From positions 5,508 through 42,657 of the forward strand of contig CAZRXN010000002.1 of the NCBI GenBank assembly GCA_964604085.1: a DNA stretch of 37,150 nt, in the 5' to 3' direction. Numbering within the stretch: position 1 is the stretch's first letter; each line of letters begins with the position of its first letter. A program made the translations under genes and the position numbers. This stretch comes from an uncultured Candidatus Saccharibacteria bacterium. GTDB taxonomy: Bacteria > Patescibacteriota > Minisyncoccia > Phycocordibacterales > UBA2100. Shown here piece after piece: positions 1 through 8,537 of this stretch. Below the pieces are notes generated by a model. It made no database searches. It was not told the origin of the DNA and worked only from the letters and a program-made list of their open reading frames with translations.

Positions 1-52
1 GTATACCAAAATGTGCTCACGCGGCTTTCGCCGCTCCACGACTTCATGCATA

Positions 53-1318
53 ATGAAGAACATGGCTAAAAACGGGCACTCGCGGGAACCATACAAGGGC
101 GTGCGCGACTTTTACCCTCAGGATCAATTCCTCCAGCGCTACATTTTCGAGCACATGGAGCGATCCTGCGAGCTCTTCGGCTATGAGGAGTACAGCGCTT
201 CGATCCTCGAACACGCCGAGTTGTATCGCGCGAAGACCTCTGAGGAGATCGTAAACGAGCAGATGTACACGTTTGTCGATCGGGGAGAGCGCGAGGTTGC
301 GCTACGCCCAGAAATGACCCCGACGCTCGCGCGCATGGTGGCAGCGCGCTCGAGAGAAATCCCGTTTCCCGCACGTTGGTACTCGATCCCGAATGTCTTC
401 CGATATGAGCGCCCCCAGCGCGGCCGCCTACGCGAGCACTGGCAGCTAAACGCCGATCTGCTTGGTGTCCCCGGAGTGGAGGCGGACGCCGAAATCATCG
501 CGCTCTCGCATCACCTCATGCGCTCGTTCGGCGCCGAGGAGCGCGATTTCGAAATACGACTCTCCGATCGGCGTCTGCTCGACGCGGCGTTCAACGAATG
601 CGGCATTCCCCAAGAGTCGCACGCGGCGACCGCGCGCCTGCTTGACCGCCGTGACAAACTGGACGACTTCCCCGCGGCGCTCGCCGAGCAGGTCGGCGAA
701 ACGCAAGCTGCTGCGCTCATCTCGCATCTCGAGCGGACGACGAGCTCCGCGTATCTGGAGGAATTACGCAGCGAGCTTCACGGCCTCGGCGTCCGCAACA
801 GTGCGGTCGATACGCGTATCACCCGCGGCTTCGACTACTACACGGGCATGGTGTTCGAGGTGTACGACACAAATGAGGAAAACTCGCGCGCGCTCTTCGG
901 CGGCGGCCGGTATGACAACCTCCTCGCCGAATTCGGCGACAAGCAGATCCCCGCCGTGGGCTTTGGTATGGGCGACGTGCGCATACGAGACTTCCTCGAA
1001 ACCCACTCTCTGCTCCCCGACTACACTCCGTCCACCGAGCTCATGCTCTGCGTCGTCGAGCGTGATGCGCTCGTCCACGCCAACAAGCTCGCGCAGGACC
1101 TTAGGCGCGAGGACGTAACCGTCGCCGTTAATTTCTCTGGAAAGCGCATCGGCGACCAGGTCCGGCAAGCGGACGCGATGCGCATCCCCTTTGTGATTGC
1201 CGTCGGAGAAAAGGAGCGCGATTCGGGCCGCTACACGGTCAAAAACCTGGAGACCGGCGCGGAAATCACGCTTCCCGCTGATCGCATTGCGGAACACCTC
1301 TTTTCTTCGCTGGGATAA
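53..1318 (+). CDS. hisS: Histidyl-tRNA synthetase (class II)
   Basis: ORF 11..1318. HisRS-type motifs: MTPTLARMVA, RWYSIPNVFRYERPQRGRLREHWQLN (motif 2), FGGGRYDNL (motif 3), plus a C-terminal anticodon-binding-like region. Start placed at ATG 53 (MKNMAKNG); ATG 62 is also possible. Confidence 0.9.
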   Translation: MKNMAKNGHSREPYKGVRDFYPQDQFLQRYIFEHMERSCELFGYEEYSASILEHAELYRAKTSEEIVNEQMYTFVDRGEREVALRPEMTPTLARMVAARSREIPFPARWYSIPNVFRYERPQRGRLREHWQLNADLLGVPGVEADAEIIALSHHLMRSFGAEERDFEIRLSDRRLLDAAFNECGIPQESHAATARLLDRRDKLDDFPAALAEQVGETQAAALISHLERTTSSAYLEELRSELHGLGVRNSAVDTRITRGFDYYTGMVFEVYDTNEENSRALFGGGRYDNLLAEFGDKQIPAVGFGMGDVRIRDFLETHSLLPDYTPSTELMLCVVERDALVHANKLAQDLRREDVTVAVNFSGKRIGDQVRQADAMRIPFVIAVGEKERDSGRYTVKNLETGAEITLPADRIAEHLFSSLG

Positions 1319-1375
1319 CGAGGCACAGCACGTGTGCGTAGAGAAATCGTATCGAACGGGGTATACTGCCATTTC

Positions 1376-1951
1376 ATGCGTACGATCGTGTTCGATATCG
1401 AAACGGCAAATTGGTTCCCCGATATCGGCTCTAGCAATCCCGCAGACCTGAAGATCGCGCTTGTCGGCGCATACGATTCGGAGAACGATTCTTACAGCTC
1501 CTACCTCGAGCACGAGCTTCCGCTGCTCTGGAAACGCATTGAAGGCGCGGACCTTCTCGTCGGGTACAACTCGGACCATTTCGACATCCCTCTGCTCAAT
1601 AAGTACTACCCGGGCGACCTCTCCCGTGTGCGCAGCATCGATTTAATGAAGGAGGTATACGCGGTTGCCGGACGCCGCATCAAGCTCGATGCGGTCGCGG
1701 AGGCGACACTCGGGATACGAAAGAGCGGCCACGGCGGCATTTCTCTCCAGTGGTGGCGCAGCGGCGAAGTCGAAAAGGTACGCGATTACTGTCTGCGCGA
1801 CGTGGAGATCACGAAGAAGCTCTTCGACCACGCGATCGAAAACGGCTCCGTAAAATACAAAGAGCTTGGCCGCGTCCGCGAGGTGCCGCTTGAGACGGCT
1901 GGGTGGCTCTCCGGCGAAAGCGCCGCGCTCACGCATACGCTCGGCTTTTAG
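1376..1951 (+). CDS. RNase H-fold 3'-5' exonuclease, DEDDy type (PolB-exonuclease-like / YprB-like)
   Basis: ORF 1334..1951. Motifs VFDIET (Exo I), GYNSDHFDIPLL (Exo II) and YCLRDVEIT (Exo III, Y-x3-D). ATG 1376 (MRTIVFDIE) chosen; TATACT lies 8 nt upstream. Confidence 0.7.
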   Translation: MRTIVFDIETANWFPDIGSSNPADLKIALVGAYDSENDSYSSYLEHELPLLWKRIEGADLLVGYNSDHFDIPLLNKYYPGDLSRVRSIDLMKEVYAVAGRRIKLDAVAEATLGIRKSGHGGISLQWWRSGEVEKVRDYCLRDVEITKKLFDHAIENGSVKYKELGRVREVPLETAGWLSGESAALTHTLGF

Positions 1952-2736
1952 AAAACGAAGATAACGGTGAGTAGTGCCGCGAGTGCGAGCCGGTACCATA
2001 CAAACGGCATCAGCGAGTGCGTTCGCAGGAAGCGAATGAGCAGGTGTATGGCGGCGATCCCGCAGAGGAATGCCGCGGCCCCAGCAAGCGCGAGCGGGAG
2101 CGGCTCCGCTGCGAGCGTCCCCGTCTCGTAGAGCTCCTTCAATTTGAGCGACCCTGCTCCGAGAATAATCGGAAATGAGAGCAGGAAGGCGAAACGCGTC
2201 GCCTCCTCTCGCGAAAGGCCAAGCAGAAGACCGCCGGAGATCGTCATGCCCGAGCGGCTCATGCCGGGAATGAGCGCAAGCACTTGGAAGCAGCCGACGA
2301 GGATGCCCTTGCGCACCGAAATATCCGAGGACGATTCAGGATCCCTGAAGCGCTCCGCAAAGGCCATAAGGGCCGACCCGGCGAGAAGGCCGAAAATGAC
2401 TACGCCGACCCCGCGCAGCGTGGATTCGATGTAGCTCTCGATGAGGAGGCCGATGAGCGCAGCCGGTACGGTTCCTGCGGCGAGCGCCAGTGCGAGCGTC
2501 CATGCTTTCGAATCGCGACGGAAGACACCGCTGATGATGCGTGCGATGTCCGAGCGGAAATATACGAGCACGGCGAGGGCGGTCGCGAGGTGCAGGATCG
2601 CATCCACCGCGAGGGCGTGCTCGCCCGCCACCGCAAGGGCATCCCGCGCAAGAATGAGATGGCCGGATGAAGAAACGGGCAGAAATTCAGTAATACCCTG
2701 CACCGCGCCGAGCAGGAGCCCTTGGAGCACTGTCAT
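1948..2736 (-). CDS. uppP: Undecaprenyl-diphosphatase (BacA/UppP)
   Basis: ORF 1948..2817. Signature GITEFLPVSSSGHLIL near the N-terminus, PGMSRSG motif, polytopic hydrophobic profile. Start at ATG 2736 (MTVLQGLLLGAVQG), preceded by TACAAT 6 nt upstream. Confidence 0.9.
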   Translation of the reverse strand: MTVLQGLLLGAVQGITEFLPVSSSGHLILARDALAVAGEHALAVDAILHLATALAVLVYFRSDIARIISGVFRRDSKAWTLALALAAGTVPAALIGLLIESYIESTLRGVGVVIFGLLAGSALMAFAERFRDPESSSDISVRKGILVGCFQVLALIPGMSRSGMTISGGLLLGLSREEATRFAFLLSFPIILGAGSLKLKELYETGTLAAEPLPLALAGAAAFLCGIAAIHLLIRFLRTHSLMPFVWYRLALAALLTVIFVF

Positions 2737-2802
2737 GAGGGCATTGTACCGCAAGAGCGGGTGCATGATATACTGCGCGCATACTCGGTAACCGCTTCCG
2801 AC

Positions 2803-3579
2803 ATGGAAACGCTGCAAAAACTATCCATACCCATCGCGATCGTCATCGCGGGCGGCCTCATTGCAGGGTCCGTCTTTTATGTAAATAGAAACGCGGGCAG
2901 CACCCCTCCCCCTTCGGGCGGCGTTGTTGCCGAAAATATACGGGGCGTGCAAGCGGACGATCACACGCTCGGCAATCCGGACGCGCCGGTCGTACTCGTC
3001 GAATTTTCCGATCCGGAGTGCCCGTTCTGCAAGCAATTCCACCAGACGCTGCACCGACTCATGACGGATTACGGCCCTTCCGGCGACGTCGTGTGGGTGT
3101 ACCGGCACTTCCCGCTCTCGCAGTTGCATCCGAAAGCGCCGAAAGAAGCCGAGGCGCTTGAGTGCGCGGCGGCGCAGGGCGGCAACGAGATGTTTTGGAA
3201 GTACACCGACCTTCTCTACGAAACAACAAACTCAAACAACTCCCTCGACGACGGCATCTACAATACCCCCGCAAACCCTCCCATCGACCCTACGACTGGC
3301 AAGCCGTACTACACGCAACATGAGCCACGGAGCGATACCGATGCAGGTATGCTCTCCGACATGGCGAAGGAGCTCGGACTTGATGTCGCAGCATTCGAAC
3401 AGTGCCTCGCCGACGGCACGTACGCGGATCGAATCGAGAAAGATTGGAACGAAGCGGTTGCTGCCGGCGGTCAAGGCACGCCCCATAGCATCCTGATCGC
3501 GCCGGATGGATCGCAGATTCCCATTGAGGGTTCGCAATCCTACGAGGTGGTAAAGGGGATGATCGACTCGCTCCTCTAA
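2803..3579 (+). CDS. Membrane-anchored DsbA-like thiol:disulfide oxidoreductase (thioredoxin fold)
   Basis: ORF 2722..3579. N-terminal TM helix (LSIPIAIVIAGGLIAGSVFYV). Active-site CPFC within FSDPECPFCKQFH. Conserved GTPHSILI (cis-Pro-loop-like) near the C-terminus. Start at ATG 2803. Confidence 0.8.
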   Translation: METLQKLSIPIAIVIAGGLIAGSVFYVNRNAGSTPPPSGGVVAENIRGVQADDHTLGNPDAPVVLVEFSDPECPFCKQFHQTLHRLMTDYGPSGDVVWVYRHFPLSQLHPKAPKEAEALECAAAQGGNEMFWKYTDLLYETTNSNNSLDDGIYNTPANPPIDPTTGKPYYTQHEPRSDTDAGMLSDMAKELGLDVAAFEQCLADGTYADRIEKDWNEAVAAGGQGTPHSILIAPDGSQIPIEGSQSYEVVKGMIDSLL

Positions 3580-6536
3580 AGCGTCGGCTCCCGTGCGCCC
3601 GTGAGTTGCCGCAGCGCGCAGTACTCGCACCCTTTCTTGCCGCAGGTGCTGCCCCAAAATGAAAGGGTGCGTATGTCTTCTGCTGCCCGCGCGATTGTCG
3701 CCTTCAATTCCTCGATGTCGGCGGACGGGATTTCGAACACTTCGCGATGGTACGCGCCACGGGCGTCCGGCTGAAGAAACTCGAGAACGACCGCGCGTGC
3801 GCGCTGGGTGCCATCCAATTCTAGGAGGAGCGCGTAGAACACGAGCTGCCTATAGTTCGCCGCGGCCGATACGTCGGCGGTTTTGCCTAGTAGGGCGTTG
3901 CGCGATTTCGGCTTACCCGTCTTGTAATCGATCACGATGACCGATCCATCGTCCTGATAATCCATTCGGTCCAGCTTACCTAAGAGGGATACCGTCTTCC
4001 GTTCCGACAGCGGCAACTCCGCTCGCAGTTTGTACTCCGTTTTAGCATGACGCGGAAGCTGCGCCGAAGCGAACCACCCGGAGAGGAATGCCGAACCACG
4101 CTCCAGCAGCTCCTCATACTCTCCCCTTGAGAGCGCCTTGCGCGCAAGCGATTCTCTATACCACGTAACCAATTTCTTCGCGTTTGATTTCTTACCCTCT
4201 ACGTGCTCGGCAACGAGTCGCTTGAGTGCTTCGTGCGCCGCCTCGCCCAGAATCATGTGCTTCCCTCGTGCCGTCGGGATACTAATCAGGGTCGAATAGA
4301 AATACATCCATGGGCATTCGAGATACTGATTGAGTCCGGTTGCCGAGAGACCCTGCTCGTCGAAGAGTTCCCTCAAATAGGCGTGTTCCGAAGTGGGCGG
4401 CTTTTCCTTGGGGCGGAGCGCCTGCGGGACGAAGCGCCGCTCAAACTCCTCGACGTCCACGGTCTGCAGCAATCCGGGGTTCACATCCTCGAGCAGCCTG
4501 CTGCGCAGCCGATCGCGCCCGCTCTCACTCTCGCGCGAAAAGGTGAGGCACACTGCAATCTTCCCCCGCGTGAGTGCGACATAGAGCAGCCGCCGCTCAT
4601 CCTCGTCGGATCCGGACACACCCGCGTCCGGCAGCAGGAAGAATTTCGATTCGCGCCGGCCTCCCCATACTCCGTCCGCCGCTTGAACGATGAAAACGTA
4701 CTCAAACTCAAGTCCCTTTGCTCGGTGCGCTGTCATGAGTCGGACGGCGCCAGGTCGCGGTGCGGCTCGTTTCTCCTTGCGGACGGAAACGTCGTGTTCG
4801 TCGAAGAGATCGAGGTCGCGCACGAAATCGGCGAGCCCGTAATCGAGCTTCCCGGACGCGAGCACCTCCACGTCGCCCCAGAGCCACCCAAGCTTTTCCA
4901 AAAGCTCCGGGGGATTGCTGGACGAGAGCGCATACTCGAGAAATCCTGACTCCCGCACCATGCGCTCGAGAATCTGTGGCACCGACCCCGGGGCGGAGGC
5001 AAACTCTGCAAGTTTCCGGTAAAGCTCCGTAAGCTCGTCTCCTTCTACGCCGGCGGCGGTGCAAAGTTTTCCGCTGCGAATCACGTCCGCGAGCGTGAGT
5101 GAGTGCCTGCGCGCGTACTGTGCCGCCTTGTATGCCGCAAGGGGCGGAATGCGGAGAAAATTGAGATGCAACGTACGGAGGATCCATTCATCCGAAGGGC
5201 GCGCGACCGCGCGCACCAATGTGAGGAAGCGCCTTATCTCGGGGTCGCGCAAAGCGCTCTCCCCCGCTTCGACCGACGCCTCGACACCCGCTGCCTCAAG
5301 CGCGCGTGCGACGGGCTCCGCCTCTTTGTTGGTTCGATAGAGAATTGCGATTGAGGAGGGTTCTACCCCTTCTCTAGTGAGGCGAGCTGCCTCACTCGCG
5401 ACCCATGCGCGCTCCACCTCAGGACGCGAAAACGCCGCCATCTTTACTTCGCTCCTCGTGCCCGTCCGTGATACGAGCGGTACGTGCGCGGTTTGCGCGA
5501 GCGAGTGCGCGGCATCCAGGATCTCGCTACCAGAGCGGTAGCTCTCCGTGAGCGTAATGAGGCGCGCATCCGGGAAGAGGCGCTTGAAGTGCGCGAAATT
5601 TTCAAGAGAAGCCCCTTGGAAGCGAAAAATCGCCTGTCGCTCGTCTCCGACGATGCAAAGATTCGGCGAAGAGTGGAATCCAGAGATCAGCTCCAATAGC
5701 TTGTTTTGCGCTGCATTCGCATCCTGGTGCTCATCGGCGAGGATGTAGAGCGACTCTTCCTGCAGTCGCAAGCGAAGCTCGGGGCTCGATGCGAGAGCAG
5801 CGACCACCTCCATGATCATGTCCTCAAAATCGTACCGCTTGCGCGTCCGGAGCTGTGCCTCGTACTTCTCGTAGACCGAGGCAAACTCCTTCGTGCGCGT
5901 AATTAATTTCAGACGCCTCTGATGCTCCGCTTTCATGGCGCCCTTGTGCGCGCCTTTTTCGTGATACAGATCCGGCGTCGCGCTGAACGCGACCTCCTGC
6001 TCTTCTATGTAGGACTTGAGCGCCGCGGGGGTGCAGTTCTCCCGCTTCAACGAGGCGATGCTCGAGAGCATACTGGGGAGGAAATAGAGCGGGCTGCCGA
6101 ACGTTACGACTTCCCTCCAGGAGCCCCCTTCCAGAATGCCGCGCATGATGTCTATGCGCTCGATCTCGGAAATGGGTTCCGACCCGATAATGCGCGGAAA
6201 GTCATCGGGGTAGCGCTCGATCACGTCTTGGCAGTACCCATGGAACGTGTGCATGCGCACGCGGTACGCGGGCTGGCCGATGATCGCGGCGAGCCGCCGC
6301 CGCATATGCGCGGCGGCGGCCTCCGTGAACGTGAGCGCAAGGATCCCATCGGGCGGCGTGTCAGTTTGCTTCAGAATATTGGCGATACGGAGGGTGAGGA
6401 CATGCGTCTTACCCGTCCCCGGCCCGGCAACCACCATTACGGGGCCTTCAATAGCATCGACGGCCTCCCTTTGCGCTGAATTGAGCCCCTTATAGAGCTT
6501 TGAAAAGGCAGGAGAAATGCGAGGGAGCGTGCGCAT
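3576..6536 (-). CDS. SF1 UvrD/PcrA-type helicase fused to a C-terminal PD-(D/E)XK (Cas4/AddB-like) nuclease with a 4-Cys cluster
   Basis: ORF 3576..6656. Helicase motifs: AGPGTGKTH (Walker A), ILADEHQDANAAQ (motif II), VGDERQAIFRFQGA (III), MTAHRAKGLEFEYVFIV and LLYVALTRGK (V/VI). Nuclease: GKLDRMDY ... VIVIDYKTGK (D...D-x-K) and YRQLVFYAL (QxxxY). Cys at ECPWMYF plus CGKKGCEYC. Start at ATG 6536 (MRTLPRIS), with TGATACACT 7 nt upstream. Confidence 0.85.
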   Translation of the reverse strand: MRTLPRISPAFSKLYKGLNSAQREAVDAIEGPVMVVAGPGTGKTHVLTLRIANILKQTDTPPDGILALTFTEAAAAHMRRRLAAIIGQPAYRVRMHTFHGYCQDVIERYPDDFPRIIGSEPISEIERIDIMRGILEGGSWREVVTFGSPLYFLPSMLSSIASLKRENCTPAALKSYIEEQEVAFSATPDLYHEKGAHKGAMKAEHQRRLKLITRTKEFASVYEKYEAQLRTRKRYDFEDMIMEVVAALASSPELRLRLQEESLYILADEHQDANAAQNKLLELISGFHSSPNLCIVGDERQAIFRFQGASLENFAHFKRLFPDARLITLTESYRSGSEILDAAHSLAQTAHVPLVSRTGTRSEVKMAAFSRPEVERAWVASEAARLTREGVEPSSIAILYRTNKEAEPVARALEAAGVEASVEAGESALRDPEIRRFLTLVRAVARPSDEWILRTLHLNFLRIPPLAAYKAAQYARRHSLTLADVIRSGKLCTAAGVEGDELTELYRKLAEFASAPGSVPQILERMVRESGFLEYALSSSNPPELLEKLGWLWGDVEVLASGKLDYGLADFVRDLDLFDEHDVSVRKEKRAAPRPGAVRLMTAHRAKGLEFEYVFIVQAADGVWGGRRESKFFLLPDAGVSGSDEDERRLLYVALTRGKIAVCLTFSRESESGRDRLRSRLLEDVNPGLLQTVDVEEFERRFVPQALRPKEKPPTSEHAYLRELFDEQGLSATGLNQYLECPWMYFYSTLISIPTARGKHMILGEAAHEALKRLVAEHVEGKKSNAKKLVTWYRESLARKALSRGEYEELLERGSAFLSGWFASAQLPRHAKTEYKLRAELPLSERKTVSLLGKLDRMDYQDDGSVIVIDYKTGKPKSRNALLGKTADVSAAANYRQLVFYALLLELDGTQRARAVVLEFLQPDARGAYHREVFEIPSADIEELKATIARAAEDIRTLSFWGSTCGKKGCEYCALRQLTGAREPTL

Positions 6537-6591
6537 GTTTCCGAGTGTATCACGCAGTGCTCCAGTGACTTGCGAGCGTCCAAACCTACAT

Positions 6592-6620
6592 TTGACATCC
6601 GAATTTTTATATTCTACAAT
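6592..6620 (+). promoter_or_regulatory. Sigma-70-type promoter TTGACA-17 nt-TACAAT
   Basis: TTGACA at 6592..6597, 17-nt AT-rich spacer, TACAAT at 6615..6620. Lies in the divergent intergenic region, about 28 nt upstream of sORF ATG 6648. Confidence 0.55.
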
Positions 6621-6647
6621 CTTGCTAGATAAATTGGGAGAAATGCA

Positions 6648-6755
6648 ATGGCACAAATCGGACGAAGCGTATTATGGAATGCCTACGTATTGTTCTTCAT
6701 TGGCTTCATGATCGTCTTTGTGGCGACGGAGCTCTGGAGCGCAGTCGGCGGCTAG
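6648..6755 (+). CDS. 35-codon hydrophobic small ORF (single predicted TM helix)
   Basis: Not in the ORF track (below its length cut-off). Hand translation: MAQIGRSVLWNAYVLFFIGFMIVFVATELWSAVGG, stop TAG 6753..6755. GGGAG at 6636..6640, 7 nt before the ATG, with a consensus promoter just upstream. Confidence 0.35.
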   Translation: MAQIGRSVLWNAYVLFFIGFMIVFVATELWSAVGG

Positions 6756-6759
6756 CGCT

Positions 6760-6788
6760 TTGACAATCGGGACTCGCAGGAATAGGAT
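6760..6788 (+). promoter_or_regulatory. Candidate promoter TTGACA-17 nt-TAGGAT
   Basis: TTGACA 6760..6765 and TAGGAT 6783..6788, about 40 nt upstream of ATG 6829. The -10 is weak. Confidence 0.3.
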
Positions 6789-6828
6789 TCCGCGAGCCCC
6801 CGTTTTTTCGGGGTGAGGAGGAGAAAAG

Positions 6829-7467
6829 ATGATCCCAACGAGTTATGAACGCGGCTTTACTCTTTTGAAGGAAGCAGGGCTCCTGCAAAAAATCCGACCC
6901 CAAGACCTCTCAAAAATAATCATGCGGAACGTCGGCCCGCTGCAGCATGTGAATCTTCTGACGCTCTCCTGTTGCGATGGCCACCAGTTTTGCGATGTTA
7001 CGGCGCACGCGACGGGATGCTTCACCGAAGCGAAGCAAATGCTCGGCATCGAGCTGATCGGCGACGATTGCATACATTGGCGCAGCGAGAACGGGGGGCC
7101 CTTCGTTCTGTCGGTGCCTCGGCTCGAGATACGTCTGTATCGGGGTGAGCCGGACAACGTGCGGCGCAACATCTTCGCCTCCATGCATGAGAGCATGGGG
7201 CTGAAGAAGCTGGATGTCGTACTTCTGCTCGCGCATTGTGTATGCGGCAAGGTCGCTGAATTGTTCGACTCGCCAGTCGAGTACGTTCGATATCTTGCGC
7301 TCGCGAAGGAGAACGTCATGCGTGAGTTCAACCTGCCGAGCAGTCAGGTAATCGCCTGGCTGCAGACGCACCGCAGGGACGGGAGGAGAACCTATCACCT
7401 GGACTACTCCGGAGTCCGAGCAACTGATCTCCTCGGATTCAGGGATGAGATCTTGCGCTCCGCGTAG
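6829..7467 (+). CDS. Hypothetical protein with SCCDGH ... AHCVCG Cys/His motifs
   Basis: 212-aa ORF with a strong SD (GGTGAGGAGGAG) 5-8 nt upstream, followed by a hairpin terminator. No family recognised. Motifs C-x-D-x-H (aa 48-52) and H-x-x-C (aa 136-139). Confidence 0.6.
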   Translation: MIPTSYERGFTLLKEAGLLQKIRPQDLSKIIMRNVGPLQHVNLLTLSCCDGHQFCDVTAHATGCFTEAKQMLGIELIGDDCIHWRSENGGPFVLSVPRLEIRLYRGEPDNVRRNIFASMHESMGLKKLDVVLLLAHCVCGKVAELFDSPVEYVRYLALAKENVMREFNLPSSQVIAWLQTHRRDGRRTYHLDYSGVRATDLLGFRDEILRSA

Positions 7468-7485
7468 GAGCGCCTCAAGAAGTAT

Positions 7486-7516
7486 AAAGCCGCCCCTCTT
7501 GGGCGGCTTTTCTTTT
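7486..7516. terminator. Bidirectional rho-independent terminator
   Basis: Stem AAAGCCGCCC (7486..7495) / GGGCGGCTTT (7501..7510), loop CTCTT, then a T-rich run. Sits between the convergent genes ending at 7467 (+) and 7528 (-). Confidence 0.7.
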
Positions 7517-7527
7517 ACTATAGGTGG

Positions 7528-7917
7528 CTAGCCGCGGCAGACTTCTGTAACGCTGCCGTCGGCAACATCTATGAACACACCGACGACTTCGTCATAGAGG
7601 CCGAAGCCCGAGACGATCTTTGCAGACTGCTGGATGGCCTCCAGATGCTGCTCTCTTTCCGTTGGATATCCTGCGCATGCGGAATGCCCCGCGATGAGCG
7701 CGCGCTTTGCTCCATGCTTTTCTGCGGAAATGCGCGCGTTTATGAGAGCACGCTCCCGCTCACCCTCATCGTTGAGAAGGACACCGTCGCATCCCGCGAT
7801 CGTTACCGTATCCGCGTAGGTCGCGCCGAACTCTTTCTTGCACCACGCAAGCGCCGGTTCCTGGCAGCGCCCATCTATGCAATTAAAAACCGTGCAAAAC
7901 GTATGCTGTGAACTCAT
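7528..7917 (-). CDS. Small protein with a beta-carbonic-anhydrase-like zinc-ligand pattern (C-x-D-x-R ... H-x-x-C)
   Basis: C-terminal 129 aa of ORF 7528..8370, from ATG 7917 (MSSQHTFCTVFNCIDGRCQ ... LIAGHSACAGYP). The longer ORF would overlap the plus-strand VIT gene. The family call rests on motif resemblance only. Confidence 0.55.
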   Translation of the reverse strand: MSSQHTFCTVFNCIDGRCQEPALAWCKKEFGATYADTVTIAGCDGVLLNDEGERERALINARISAEKHGAKRALIAGHSACAGYPTEREQHLEAIQQSAKIVSGFGLYDEVVGVFIDVADGSVTEVCRG

Positions 7918-7995
7918 GATCGTGTTCCGAAAGTAATAACCTGCAGATGCTACTACGCGAGCTGCGAATCGGCAATACGTGCTATACTTCGCGCA

Positions 7996-8466
7996 ATGGA
8001 TAAACGCCTCTTTATCCTCCAGTACATCCAGCCGGGACTTCTCGGCCTCATGGATGGAACCGTCTCGACACTCGCTCCCCTCTTCGCCGCCGCATTCGCG
8101 ACCGGCAGCACACACATCGCGCTCATCATCGGCGTCTCGGCTGCGGTGGGCGCAGCCATCAGCATGGGCTTCGCGGAAGCGCTCTCGGACACGGGTATCC
8201 ACACGGAGCGCGGGCACCCGATGCGTCGCGGATTCGTGACCGGCGGCATGACCTTCGTTGGTGGTATTCTGCACGCGTTTCCCTTCCTGCTCTCCGACCT
8301 CTCGGCGGCTCTCACCCTGGCCTACATAGTGGTCGGAATCGAGCTTCTCGCGATCGCCTACATTCGTCACCGTTTTTTCGAAATGAACGTCTTTCTCTCT
8401 ATCGTGCAGGTCGTGATCGGAGGCGCGCTCGTGGTGGTAGCGGGGGTGCTCATAGGCAGCGCCTGA
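7996..8466 (+). CDS. VIT1/CCC1-family (iron/manganese transporter-like) membrane protein, short form
   Basis: 156-aa ORF. N-terminal GLLGLMDGTVSTLAPLFAAA resembles the VIT-family signature, and there are several hydrophobic helices. TGCTATACT lies 7 nt upstream of the ATG. No ferritin-like N-domain. Confidence 0.7.
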   Translation: MDKRLFILQYIQPGLLGLMDGTVSTLAPLFAAAFATGSTHIALIIGVSAAVGAAISMGFAEALSDTGIHTERGHPMRRGFVTGGMTFVGGILHAFPFLLSDLSAALTLAYIVVGIELLAIAYIRHRFFEMNVFLSIVQVVIGGALVVVAGVLIGSA

Positions 8467-8537
8467 CCCCCTCTTCCCAAGTGCCTAGCTGCGGGATACC
8501 CTTCTCAAAGGGGTATGGAGAAGGAAGGATCACGCAC

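Noticed and set aside
3576-6536. Helicase-nuclease fusion as an anti-phage defence gene (Nhi/Gabija-like idea)
   Set aside because: The neighbours are housekeeping genes. There are no methylase, ATPase-partner, toxin or mobile-element genes around it, and the motifs match AddA/AddB-type repair enzymes. I kept it as a repair-enzyme finding only.
7918-8370. N-terminal 151 codons of ORF 7528..8370
   Set aside because: This extension would overlap the plus-strand VIT-like gene and its TGCTATACT promoter. Its sequence is Arg/Glu/Gly-rich without motifs. The conserved-looking part starts at ATG 7917.
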